DNA from: Eledone cirrhosa
Taxonomy: Eukaryota
DNA: 64,000 nucleotides
Assembly: GCA_964016885.1 (NCBI GenBank)
Contig: OZ024741.1
Span: 244,094,001-244,158,000 of the forward strand
Direction: 5' to 3'
This document shows, one piece after another, positions 25,001-38,900 of this stretch. The notes under the pieces are model-generated. The model was not told the origin of the DNA, did not search any database, and saw only the letters and a list, made by a program, of their open reading frames with translations. Position numbers and translations under genes: made by a program. Each line of letters opens with the position of its first letter. Within the stretch, counting starts at the first letter, position 1.

Positions 25001-27759
25001 TAACATGGGCAGCTTTTCTTGAAAATCACACCACACTCAGCAAATGTGTGTCTGCACATGTACCAGTAATTACAGATCGATCCGCCCACGGGCGGCCGGC
25101 CCACGATCGAAAATGTAACTCCGCCGGCAAATTCGCATTTTTGTCATTCGTTTCTTCGAAGCACACCATTCGCTGGTGGACATCAGCTTCCTTATTTAGC
25201 ATGGGCAGCTTTTCTTGAAGATCACACCACACACCGCCAATGAGTGTCTGCACATGTACCAGTAATTACAGATCGATCCGCCCACGGGCGGCCGGCCCAC
25301 GATCGAGAAAAAGGTAACTCCGCCGGCAAATAGTCATTTTTGAGATTCGTTTTCTTCGAAGCACACCATTCGCCGCCGGACTTCAGCTGCCTCATTTAGC
25401 ATCGGCAGCTTTTCTTGAAAATCACACCACACACAGAAAATGTGTGTCTGCACAGGTACCAGTAATTGCAGATCGATCCGACCACGGGCGGCCGGCCCAC
25501 GATCGAAAAGGTAACTCCGCCGGCAAATCCGCATTTTTGTGATTCGTTTCTTCGAAGCACACCATTCGCCGCCGGACTTCAGCTTCCTCATTTAGCATGG
25601 GCAGCTTTTCTTGAAAATCACACCACACACAGCCAATGAGTGTCTGCACATCTACCAGTAATTACATATCGATCCGACCACGGGCGGCCGGCCCACAATC
25701 AAAAAGGTAACTCCGCCGGCAAATTCGCATTTTTGTGATTCGTTTCTTCGAAGCACACCATTCGCCGCCGGACTTCAGCTTCCTAATTTAGCATGGGCGG
25801 TTTTTCTTGAAAATCACACCACACACAGAAAATGTGTGTCTGCACATGTAACAGTACGTACAGATCGATCCGACCACGGGCGGCCGGCCCACATTCGAAA
25901 AGGTTACTCCGCCTGCAAATCGTCATTTTCGGATTCGTTTTCTTCGAAGCACACCATTCGCCGGCGGACTTCAGCTGCCTCATTTAACATGGGCAGTTTT
26001 TCTTGAAGATCACACCACACACAGCCAATGAGTGTTTGCACATGTACCAGTAATTACAGATCGATCCGACCGCGGGCGGCCGGCCCACGATCGAAAAAAA
26101 GGTAACTCCGCCGGCAAATAGTCATTTTTGTGATTCGTTTTCTTCGAAGCACACCATTCGCCGCCGGACTTCAGCTTCCTCATTTAGCATGGGCGGTTTT
26201 TCTTGAAAATCACACCACACACAGCAAATCTGTGTCTGCACATGTACCAGTACGTACAGATCGATCCGACCACGGGCGGCCGGCCCACATTCGAAAAGGT
26301 TACTCCGCCTGCAAATCGTCATTTTCGGATTCGTTTTCTTCGAAGCACACCATTCGCCGGCGGACTTCAGCTGCCTCATTTAACATGGGCAGTTTTTCTT
26401 GAAGATCACACCACACACCGCCAATGAGTGTTTGCATATGTACCAGTAATTACAGATCGATCCGACCACGGGCGGCCGGCCCACGATCGAGAAAAAGGTA
26501 ACTCCGCCGGCAAATACGCATTTTTGTGATTCGTTTCTTCGAAGCACACCATTCGCCGCCGGACTTCAGCTTCCTCATTTAGCATGGGCGGTTTTTCTTG
26601 AAAATCACACCACACACAGCAAATGTGTGTCTGCACATGTACCAGTACGTACAGATCGATCCGACCACGGGCGGCCGGCCCACATTCTAAAAGGTTACTC
26701 CACCTGCAAATCGTCATTTTCGGATTCGTTTTCTTCGAAGCACACCATTCGCCGGCGGCCTTCAGCTGCCTCATTTAACATGGGCAGTTTTTCTTGAAGA
26801 TCACACCACACACCGCCAATGAGTGTTTGCACATGTACCAGTAATTACAGATCGATCCGACCACGGGCGGCCGGCCCACGATCGAGAAAAAGGTAACTCC
26901 GCCGGCAAATAGTCATTTTTGTGATTCGTTTTCTTCGAAGCACACCATTCGCCGCCGGACTTCAGCTTCCTCATTTAGCATGGGCAGCTTTTCTTAAAAA
27001 TCACACCACACTCAGCAAATGTATGTCTGCACATTTACCAGTAATTACAGATCGATCCGACCACGGGCGGCCGGCCCACGATCGAAAAGGTAACTCCGCC
27101 GGCAAATCCGCATTTTTGTGATTCGTTTCTTCGAAGCACACCATTCGCCGCCGGACTTCAGCTTCCTCATTTAGCATGGGCAGCTTTTCTTAAAAATCAC
27201 ACCACACTCAGCAAATGTGTGTCTGCACAGGTACCAGTAATTACAGATCGATCCGACCACGGGCGGCCGGCCCACATTCGAAAAGGTTACTCCGCCTGCA
27301 AATCGTCATTTTCGGATTCGTTTTCTTCGAAGCACACCATTCGCCGGCGGACTTCAGCTGCCTCATTTAACATGGGCAGTTTTTCTTGAAGATCACACCA
27401 CACACCGCCAATGAGTGTTTGCACATGTACCAGTAATTACAGATCGATCCGACCACGGGCGGCCGGCCCACGATCGAGAAAAAGGTAACTCCGCCGGCAA
27501 ATAGTCATTTTTGTGATTCGTTTTCTTCGAAGCACACCATTCGCCGCCGGACTTCAGCTTCCTCATTTAGCATGGGCAGCTTTTCTTGAAAATCACACCA
27601 CACACAGAAAATATGTGTTAGCACAGGTACCAGTAATTACAGATCGATCCGACCACGGGCGGCCGGCCCACGATCGAAAAGGTTACTCCGCCGGCAAATC
27701 CGCATTTTTGTGATTCGTTTCTTCGAAGCACACCATTCGCCGCCGGACTTCAGCTTCCT

Positions 27760-30700
27760 CATTTAGCATGGGCAGCTTTTCTTGAAAATCACACCACACA
27801 CAGCAAATCTGTGTCTGCACATTTACCAGTAATTACAGATCGATCCGACCACGGGCGGCCGGCCCACGATCGAAAAGGTAACTCCGCCGGCAAATCCGCA
27901 TTTTTGTGATTCGTTTCTGCGAAGCACACCATTCGCCGCCGGACTTCAGCTTCCTCATTTAGCATGGGCAGCTTTTCTTGAAAATCACACCACACACAGC
28001 AAATGTGTGTCTGCACATTTACCAGTAATTACATATCGATCCGACCACGGGCGGCCGGCCCACGATCGAAAAGGTAACTCCGCCGGCAAATCCGCATTTT
28101 TGTGATTCGTTTCTTCGAAGCACACCATTCGCCGCCGGACTTCAGCTTCCTAATTTAGCATGGGCGGTTTTTCTTGAAAATCACACCACACACAGAAAAT
28201 GTGTGTCTGCACATGTAACAGTACGTACAGATCGATCCGACCACGGGCGGCCGGCCCACATTCGAAAAGGTTACTCCGCCTGCAAATAGTCATTTTCGGA
28301 TTCGTTTTCTTCGAAGCACACCATTCGCCGGCGGACTTCAGCTGCCTCATTTAACATGGGCAGTTTTTCTTGAAGATCACACCACACACAGCAAATGAGT
28401 GTTTGCACATGTACCAGTAATTACAGATCGATCCGACCGCGGGCGGCCGGCCCACGATCGAAAAAAGGTAACTCCGCCGGCAAATAGTCATTTTTGTGAT
28501 TCGTTTTCTTCGAAGCACACCATTCGCCGCCGGACTTCAGCTGCCTCATTTAACATGGGCAGTTTTTCTTGAAGATCACACCACACACAGCAAATGTGTG
28601 TCTGCACAGGTACCAGTAATTACAGATCGATCCGACCACGGGCGGCCGGGCCACGATCGAAAAGGTAACTCCGCCGGCAAATCCGCATTTTTGTGATTCG
28701 TTTCTTCGAAGCACACCATTCGCCGCCGGACTTCAGCTTCCTCATTTAGCATGGGCAGCTTTTCTTGAAAATCACACCACACACTGCAAATGTGTGTCTG
28801 CACATTTACCAGTAATTACAGATCGATCCGACCACGGGCGGCCGGCCCACGATCGAAAAGGTAACTCCGCCGGCAAATTCGCATTTTTTGGTATTCGTTT
28901 CTTTGAAGCACACCATTCGCTGGTGGACTTCAGCTTCCTCATTTAACATGGGCAGCTTTTCTTGAAAATCACACCACACTCAGCAAATGTGTGTCTGCAC
29001 ATGTACCAGTAATTACAGATCGATCCGCCCACGGGCGGCCGGCCCACGATCGAAAATGTAACTCCGCCGGCAAATTCGCATTTTTGTCATTCGTTTCTTC
29101 GAAGCACACCATTCGATGGTGGACATCAGCTTCCTTATTTAGCATGGGCAGCTTTTCTTGAAAATCAAACCTCACACAGCAAATGTGTGTCTGCACATGT
29201 ACCAGTAATTACAGATCGATCCGACCACGGGCGGCCGGCCCACGATCGAAAAGGTAACTCCGCCGGCAAATACGCATTTTTGTGATTCGTTTCTTCGAAG
29301 CACACCATTCGCCGCCGGACTTCAGCTTCCTCATTTAGCATGGGCGGGTTTTCTTGAAAATCACACCACACACAGCAAATGTGTGTCTGCACATGTACCA
29401 GTACGTACAGATCGATCCGACCACGGGCGGCCGGCCCACATTCGAAAAGGTTACTCCGCCTGCAAATCGTCATTTTCGGATTCGTTTTCTTCGAAGCACA
29501 CCATTCGCCGGCGGACTTCAGCTGCCTCATTTAACATGGGCAGTTTTTCTTGAAGATCACACCACACACCGCCAATGAGTGTCTGCACATGTACCAGTAA
29601 TTACAGATCGATCCGACCACGGGCGGCCGGCCCACGATCGAAAAGGTAACTCCGCCGGCAAATCCGCATTTTTGTGATTCGTTTCTTCGAAGCACACCAT
29701 TCGCCGCCGGACTTCAGCTTCCTCATTTAGCATGGGCAGCTTTTCTTGAAAATCACACCACACACAGCAAATCTGTGTCTGCACATTTACCAGTAATTAC
29801 AGATCGATCCGACCACGGGCGGCCGGCCCACGATCGAAAAGGTAACTCCGCCGGCAAATCCGCATTTTTGTGATTCGTTTCTTCGAAGCACACCATTCGC
29901 TGGTGGACTTCAGCTTCCTCATTTAACATGGGCAGCTTTTCTTGAAAATCACACCACACTCAGCAAATGTGTGTCTGCACATGTACCAGTAATTACAGAT
30001 CGATCCGCCCACGGGCGGCCGGCCCACGATCGAAAATGTAACTCCGCCGGCAAATTCGCATTTTTGTCATTCGTTTCTTCGAAGCACACCATTCGCTGGT
30101 GGACATCAGCTTCCTTATTTAGCATGGGCAGCTTTTCTTGAAGATCACACCACACACCGCCAATGAGTGTCTGCACATGTACCAGTAATTACAGATCGAT
30201 CCGCCCACGGGCGGCCGGCCCACGATCGAGAAAAAGGTAACTCCGCCGGCAAATAGTCATTTTTGAGATTCGTTTTCTTCGAAGCACACCATTCGCCGCC
30301 GGACTTCAGCTGCCTCATTTAGCATGGGCAGCTTTTCTTGAAAATCACACCACACACAGCAAATCTGTGTCTGCACATTTACCAGTAATTACAGATCGAT
30401 CCGACCACGGGCGGCCGGCCCACGATCGAAAAGGTAACTCCGCCGGCAAATCCGCATTTTTGTGATTCGTTTCTGCGAAGCACACCATTCGCCGCCGGAC
30501 TTCAGCTTCCTCATTTAGCATGGGCAGCTTTTCTTGAAAATCACACCACACACAGCAAATGTGTGTCTGCACATTTACCAGTAATTACATATCGATCCGA
30601 CCACGGGCGGCCGGCCCACGATCGAAAAGGTAACTCCGCCGGCAAATCCGCATTTTTGTGATTCGTTTCTTCGAAGCACACCATTCGCCGCCGGACTTCA

Positions 30701-32915
30701 GCTTCCTAATTTAGCATGGGCGGTTTTTCTTGAAAATCACACCACACACAGAAAATGTGTGTCTGCACATGTAACAGTACGTACAGATCGATCCGACCAC
30801 GGGCGGCCGGCCCACATTCGAAAAGGTTACTCCGCCTGCAAATAGTCATTTTCGGATTCGTTTTCTTCGAAGCACACCATTCGCCGGCGGACTTCAGCTG
30901 CCTCATTTAACATGGGCAGTTTTTCTTGAAGATCACACCACACACAGCAAATGAGTGTTTGCACATGTACCAGTAATTACAGATCGATCCGACCGCGGGC
31001 GGCCGGCCCACGATCGAAAAAAGGTAACTCCGCCGGCAAATAGTCATTTTTGTGATTCGTTTTCTTCGAAGCACACCATTCGCCGCCGGACTTCAGCTGC
31101 CTCATTTAACATGGGCAGTTTTTCTTGAAGATCACACCACACACAGCAAATGTGTGTCTGCACAGGTACCAGTAATTACAGATCGATCCGACCACGGGCG
31201 GCCGGGCCACGATCGAAAAGGTAACTCCGCCGGCAAATCCGCATTTTTGTGATTCGTTTCTTCGAAGCACACCATTCGCCGCCGGACTTCAGCTTCCTCA
31301 TTTAGCATGGGCAGCTTTTCTTGAAAATCACACCACACACTGCAAATGTGTGTCTGCACATTTACCAGTAATTACAGATCGATCCGACCACGGGCGGCCG
31401 GCCCACGATCGAAAAGGTAACTCCGCCGGCAAATTCGCATTTTTTGGTATTCGTTTCTTTGAAGCACACCATTCGCTGGTGGACTTCAGCTTCCTCATTT
31501 AACATGGGCAGCTTTTCTTGAAAATCACACCACACTCAGCAAATGTGTGTCTGCACATGTACCAGTAATTACAGATCGATCCGCCCACGGGCGGCCGGCC
31601 CACGATCGAAAATGTAACTCCGCCGGCAAATTCGCATTTTTGTCATTCGTTTCTTCGAAGCACACCATTCGATGGTGGACATCAGCTTCCTTATTTAGCA
31701 TGGGCAGCTTTTCTTGAAAATCAAACCTCACACAGCAAATGTGTGTCTGCACATGTACCAGTAATTACAGATCGATCCGACCACGGGCGGCCGGCCCACG
31801 ATCGAAAAGGTAACTCCGCCGGCAAATACGCATTTTTGTGATTCGTTTCTTCGAAGCACACCATTCGCCGCCGGACTTCAGCTTCCTCATTTAGCATGGG
31901 CGGGTTTTCTTGAAAATCACACCACACACAGCAAATGTGTGTCTGCACATGTACCAGTACGTACAGATCGATCCGACCACGGGCGGCCGGCCCACATTCG
32001 AAAAGGTTACTCCGCCTGCAAATCGTCATTTTCGGATTCGTTTTCTTCGAAGCACACCATTCGCCGGCGGACTTCAGCTGCCTCATTTAACATGGGCAGT
32101 TTTTCTTGAAGATCACACCACACACCGCCAATGAGTGTCTGCACATGTACCAGTAATTACAGATCGATCCGACCACGGGCGGCCGGCCCACGATCGAAAA
32201 GGTAACTCCGCCGGCAAATCCGCATTTTTGTGATTCGTTTCTTCGAAGCACACCATTCGCCGCCGGACTTCAGCTTCCTCATTTAGCATGGGCAGCTTTT
32301 CTTGAAAATCACACCACACACAGCAAATCTGTGTCTGCACATTTACCAGTAATTACAGATCGATCCGACCACGGGCGGCCGGCCCACGATCGAAAAGGTA
32401 ACTCCGCCGGCAAATCCGCATTTTTGTGATTCGTTTCTTCGAAGCACACCATTCGCTGGTGGACTTCAGCTTCCTCATTTAACATGGGCAGCTTTTCTTG
32501 AAAATCACACCACACTCAGCAAATGTGTGTCTGCACATGTACCAGTAATTACAGATCGATCCGCCCACGGGCGGCCGGCCCACGATCGAAAATGTAACTC
32601 CGCCGGCAAATTCGCATTTTTGTCATTCGTTTCTTCGAAGCACACCATTCGCTGGTGGACATCAGCTTCCTTATTTAGCATGGGCAGCTTTTCTTGAAGA
32701 TCACACCACACACCGCCAATGAGTGTCTGCACATGTACCAGTAATTACAGATCGATCCGCCCACGGGCGGCCGGCCCACGATCGAGAAAAAGGTAACTCC
32801 GCCGGCAAATAGTCATTTTTGAGATTCGTTTTCTTCGAAGCACACCATTCGCCGCCGGACTTCAGCTGCCTCATTTAGCATGGGCAGCTTTTCTTGAAAA
32901 TCACACCACACACAG
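27760..32915 (+). repeat. Tandem 13-monomer duplication (2556 bp x2)
   Basis: All ORFs from 27789 to 29949 recur at +2556. Private CTTTGAAG variant at 28901 and 31457. Confidence 0.93.
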
Positions 32916-35900
32916 AAAATGTGTGTCTGCACAGGTACCAGTAATTGCACATCGATCCGACCACGGGCGGCCGGCCCACGATCGAAAAGGTAACTCCGCC
33001 GGCAAATCCGCATTTTTGTGATTCGTTTCTTCGAAGCACACCATTCGCTGGTGGACTTCAGCTTCCTCATTTAGCATGGGCAGCTTTTCTTGAAAATCAC
33101 ACCACACACAGCAAATGTGTGTCTGCACATTTACCAGTAATTACAGATCGATCCGACCAAGGGCGGCCGGCGCACGATCGAAAAGGTAACTCCGCCGGCA
33201 AATCCGCATTTTTGTGATTCGTTTCTTCGAAGCACACCATTCGCCGCCGGACTTCAGCTTCCTAATTTAGCATGGGCGGTTTTTCTTGAAAATCACACCA
33301 CACACAGAAAATGTGTGTCTGCACATGTAACAGTACGTACAGATCGATCCGACCACGGGCGGCCGGCCCACATTCGAAATGGTTACTCCGCCTGCAAATC
33401 GTCATTTTCGGATTCGTTTTCTTCGAAGCACACCATTCGCCGGCGGACTTCAGCTGCCTCATTTAACATGGGCAGTTTTTCTTGAAGATCACACCACACA
33501 CAGCCAATGAGTGTTTGCACATGTACCAGTAATTACAGATCGATCCGACCGCGGGCGGCCGGCCCACGATCGAAAAAAAGGTAACTCCGCCGGCAAATAG
33601 TCATTTTTGTGATTCGTTTTCTTCGAAGCACACCATTCGCCGCCGGACTTCAGCTGCCTCATTTAACATGGGCAGTTTTTCTTGAAGATCACACCACACA
33701 CAGCAAATGTGTGTCTGCACAGGTACCAGTAATTACAGATCGATCCGACCACGGGCGGCCGGGCCACGATCGAAAAGGTAACTCCGCCGGCAAATCCGCA
33801 TTTTTGTGATTCGTTTCTTCGAAGCACACCATTCGCCGCCGGACTTCAGCTTCCTCATTTAGCATGGGCAGCTTTTCTTGAAAATCACACCACACACAGC
33901 AAATGTGTGTCTGCACATTTACCAGTAATTACAGATCGATCCGACCACGGGCGGCCGGCCCACGATCGAAAAGGTAACTCCGCCGGCAAATTCGCATTTT
34001 TGTGATTCGTTTCTTCGAAGCACACCATTCGCTGGTGGACTTCAGCTTCCTCATTTAACATGGGCAGCTTTTCTTGAAAATCACACCACACTCAGCAAAT
34101 CTGTGTCTGCACATGTACCAGTAATTACAGATCGATCCGCCCACGGGCGGCCGGCCCACGATCGAAAATGTAACTCCGCCGGCAAATTCGCATTTTTGTC
34201 ATTCGTTTCTTCGAAGCACACCATTCGCTGGTGGACATCAGCTTCCTTATTTAGCATGGGCAGCTTTTCTTGAAGATCACACCACACACCGCCAATGAGT
34301 GTCTGCACATGTACCAGTAATTACAGATCGATCCGACCACGGGCGGCCGGCCCACGATCGAGAAAAAGGTAACTCCGCCGGCAAATAGTCATTTTTGTGA
34401 TTCGTTTTCTTCGAAGCACACCATTCGCCGCCGGACTTCAGCTTCCTCATTTAGCATGGGCAGCTTTTCTTGAAAATCACACCACACACAGAAAATGTGT
34501 GTCTGCACTGGTACCAGTAATTACAGATCGATCCGACTACGGGCGGCCGGCCCACGATCGAAAAGGTAACTCCGCCGGCAAATCCGCATTTTTGTGATTC
34601 GTTTCTTCGAAGCACACCATTCGCCGCCGGACTTCAGCTTCCTCATTTAGCATGGGCAGCTTTTCTTGAAAATCACACCACACACAGCAAATGTCTGTCT
34701 GCACATTTACCAGTAATTACAGATCGATTCGACCACGGGCGGCCGGCCCACGATCGAAAAGGTAACTCCGCCGGCAAATTCGCATTTTTGTGATTCGTTT
34801 CTTCGAAGCACACCATTCGCTGGTGGACTTCAGCTTCCTCATTTAACATGGGCAGCTTTTCTTGAAAATCACACCACACTCAGCAAATGTGTGTCTGCAC
34901 ATGTACCAGTAATTACAGATCGATCCGCCCACGGGCGGCCGGCCCACGATCGAAAATGTAACTCCGCCGGCAAATTCGCATTTTTGTCATTCGTTTCTTC
35001 GAAGCACACCATTCGCTGGTGGACATCAGCTTCCTTATTTAGCATGGGCAGCTTTTCTTGAAAATCACACCACACACAGCAAATGTGTGTCTGCACATTT
35101 ACCAGTAATTACAGATCGATCCGACCACGGGCGGCCGGCCCACGATCGAAAAGGTAATTCCGCCGGCAAATCCGCATTTTTGTGATTCGTTTCTTCGAAG
35201 CACACCATTCGCCGCCGGACTTCAGCTTCCTCATTTAGCATGGGCGGTTTTTCTTGAAAATCACACCACACACAGCAAATGTGTGTCTGCACATGTACCA
35301 GTACGTACAGATCGATCCGACCACGGGCGGCCGGCCCACATTCGAAAAGGTTACTCCGCCTGCAAATCGTCATTTTCGGATTCGTTTTCTTCGAAGCACA
35401 CCATTCGCCGGCGGACTTCAGCTGCCTCATTTAACATGGGCAGTTTTTCTTGAAGATCACACCACACACCGCCAATGAGTGTTCGCATATGTACCAGTAA
35501 TTACAGATCGATCCGACCACGGGCGGCCGGCCCACGATCGAGAAAAAGGTAACTCCGCCGGCAAATAGTCATTTTTGTGATTCGTTTTCTTCGAAGCACA
35601 CCATTCGCCGCCGGACTGCAGCTTCCTCATTTAGCATGGGCAGCTTTTCTTGAAAATCACACCACACACAGCAAATGTGTGTCTGCACTGGTACCAGTAA
35701 TTACAGATCGATCCGACCACGGGCGGCCGGCCCACGATCGAAAAGGTAACTCCGCCGGCAAATCCGCATTTTTGTGATTCGTTTCTTCGAAGCACACCAT
35801 TCGCCGCCGGACTTCAGCTTCCTCATTTAGCATGGGCAGCTTTTCTTGAAAATCACACCACACACAGCCAATGAGTGTCTGCATATCTACCAGTAATTAC

Positions 35901-38900
35901 AGATCGATCCGCCCACGGGCGGCCGGCCCACGATCGAAAATGTAACTCCGCCGGCAAATTCGCATTTTTGTCATTCGTTTCTTCGAAGCACACCATTCGC
36001 TGGTGGACATCAGCTTCCTTATTTAGCATGGGCAGCTTTTCTTGAAGATCACACCACACACCGCCAATGAGTGTCTGCACATGTACCAGTAATTACAGAT
36101 CGATCCGCCCACGGGCGGCCGGCCCACGATCGAGAAAAAGGTAACTCCGCCGGCAAATAGTCATTTTTGAGATTCGTTTTCTTCGAAGCACACCATTCGC
36201 CGCCGGACTTCAGCTGCCTCATTTAGCATGGGCAGCTTTTCTTGAAAATCACACCACACACAGAAAATGTGTGTCTGCACAGGTACCAGTAATTGCAGAT
36301 CGATCCGACCACGGGCGGCCGGCCCACGATCGAAAAGGTAACTCCGCCGGCAAATCCGCATTTTTGTGATTCGTTTCTTCGAAGCACACCATTCGCCGCC
36401 GGACTTCAGCTTCCTCATTTAGCATGGGCAGCTTTTCTTGAAAATCACACCACACACAGCAAATCTGTGTCTGCACATTTACCAGTAATTACAGATCGAT
36501 CCGACCACGGGCGGCCGGCCCACGATCGAAAAGGTAACTCCGCCGGCAAATCCGCATTTTTGTGATTCGTTTCTTCGAAGCACACCATTCGCCGCCGGAC
36601 TTCAGCTTCCTCATTTAGCATGGGCAGCTTTTCTTGAAAATCACACCACACACAGCCAATGAGTGTCTGCACATCTACCAGTAATTACATATCGATCCGA
36701 CCACGGGCGGCCGGCCCACAATCAAAAAGGTAACTCCGCCGGCAAATTCGCATTTTTGTGATTCGTTTCTTCGAAGCACACCATTCGCCGCCGGACTTCA
36801 GCTTCCTCATTTAGCATGGGCAGCTTTTCTTGAAAATCACACCACACACAGCAAATGTGTGTCTGCACATTTACCAGTAATTACAGATCGATCCGACCAA
36901 GGGCGGCCGGCGCACGATCGAAAAGGTAACTCCGCCGGCAAATCCGCATTTTTGTGATTCGTTTCTTCGAAGCACACCATTCGCCGCCGGACTTCAGCTT
37001 CCTAATTTAGCATGGGCGGTTTTTCTTGAAAATCACACCACACACAGAAAATGTGTGTCTGCACATGTAACAGTACGTACAGATCGATCCGACCACGGGC
37101 GGCCGGCCCACATTCGAAAAGGTTACTCCGCCTGCAAATCGTCATTTTCGGATTCGTTTTCTTCGAAGCACACCATTCGCCGGCGGACTTCAGCTGCCTC
37201 ATTTAACATGGGCAGTTTTTCTTGAAGATCACACCACACACAGCCAATGAGTGTTTGCACATGTACCAGTAATTACAGATCGATCCGACCGCGGGCGGCC
37301 GGCCCACGATCGAAAAAAAGGTAACTCCGCCGGCAAATAGTCATTTTTGTGATTCGTTTTCTTCGAAGCACACCATTCGCCGCCGGACTTCAGCTGCCTC
37401 ATTTAACATGGGCAGTTTTTCTTGAAGATCACACCACACACAGCAAATGTGTGTCTGCACAGGTACCAGTAATTACAGATCGATCCGACCACGGGCGGCC
37501 GGGCCACGATCGAAAAGGTAACTCCGCCGGCAAATCCGCATTTTTGTGATTCGTTTCTTCGAAGCACACCATTCGCCGCCGGACTTCAGCTTCCTCATTT
37601 AGCATGGGCAGCTTTTCTTGAAAATCACACCACACACAGCAAATGTGTGTCTGCACATTTACCAGTAATTACAGATCGATCCGACCACGGGCGGCCGGCC
37701 CACGATCGAAAAGGTAACTCCGCCGGCAAATTCGCATTTTTGTGATTCGTTTCTTCGAAGCACACCATTCGCTGGTGGACTTCAGCTTCCTCATTTAACA
37801 TGGGCAGCTTTTCTTGAAAATCACACCACACTCAGCAAATCTGTGTCTGCACATGTACCAGTAATTACAGATCGATCCGCCCACGGGCGGCCGGCCCACG
37901 ATCGAAAATGTAACTCCGCCGGCAAATTCGCATTTTTGTCATTCGTTTCTTCGAAGCACACCATTCGCTGGTGGACATCAGCTTCCTTATTTAGCATGGG
38001 CAGCTTTTCTTGAAGATCACACCACACACCGCCAATGAGTGTCTGCACATGTACCAGTAATTACAGATCGATCCGACCACGGGCGGCCGGCCCACGATCG
38101 AGAAAAAGGTAACTCCGCCGGCAAATAGTCATTTTTGTGATTCGTTTTCTTCGAAGCACACCATTCGCCGCCGGACTTCAGCTTCCTCATTTAGCATGGG
38201 CAGCTTTTCTTGAAAATCACACCACACACAGAAAATGTTTGTCTGCACTGGTACCAGTAATTACAGATCGATCCGACTACGGGCGGCCGGCCCACGATCG
38301 AAAAGGTAACTCCGCCGGCAAATCCGCATTTTTGTGATTCGTTTCTTCGAAGCACACCATTCGCCGCCGGACTTCAGCTTCCTCATTTAGCATGGGCAGC
38401 TTTTCTTGAAAATCACACCACACACAGCAAATGTCTGTCTGCACATTTACCAGTAATTACAGATCGATTCGACCACGGGCGGCCGGCCCACGATCGAAAA
38501 GGTAACTCCGCCGGCAAATTCGCATTTTTGTGATTCGTTTCTTCGAAGCACACCATTCGCTGGTGGACTTCAGCTTCCTCATTTAACATGGGCAGCTTTT
38601 CTTGAAAATCACACCACACTCAGCAAATGTGTGTCTGCACATGTACCAGTAATTACAGATCGATCCGCCCACGGGCGGCCGGCCCACGATCGAAAATGTA
38701 ACTCCGCCGGCAAATTCGCATTTTTGTCATTCGTTTCTTCGAAGCACACCATTCGCTGGTGGACATCAGCTTCCTTATTTAGCATGGGCAGCTTTTCTTG
38801 AAAATCACACCACACACAGCAAATGTGTGTCTGCACATTTACCAGTAATTACAGATCGATCCGACCACGGGCGGCCGGCCCACGATCGAAAAGGTAATTC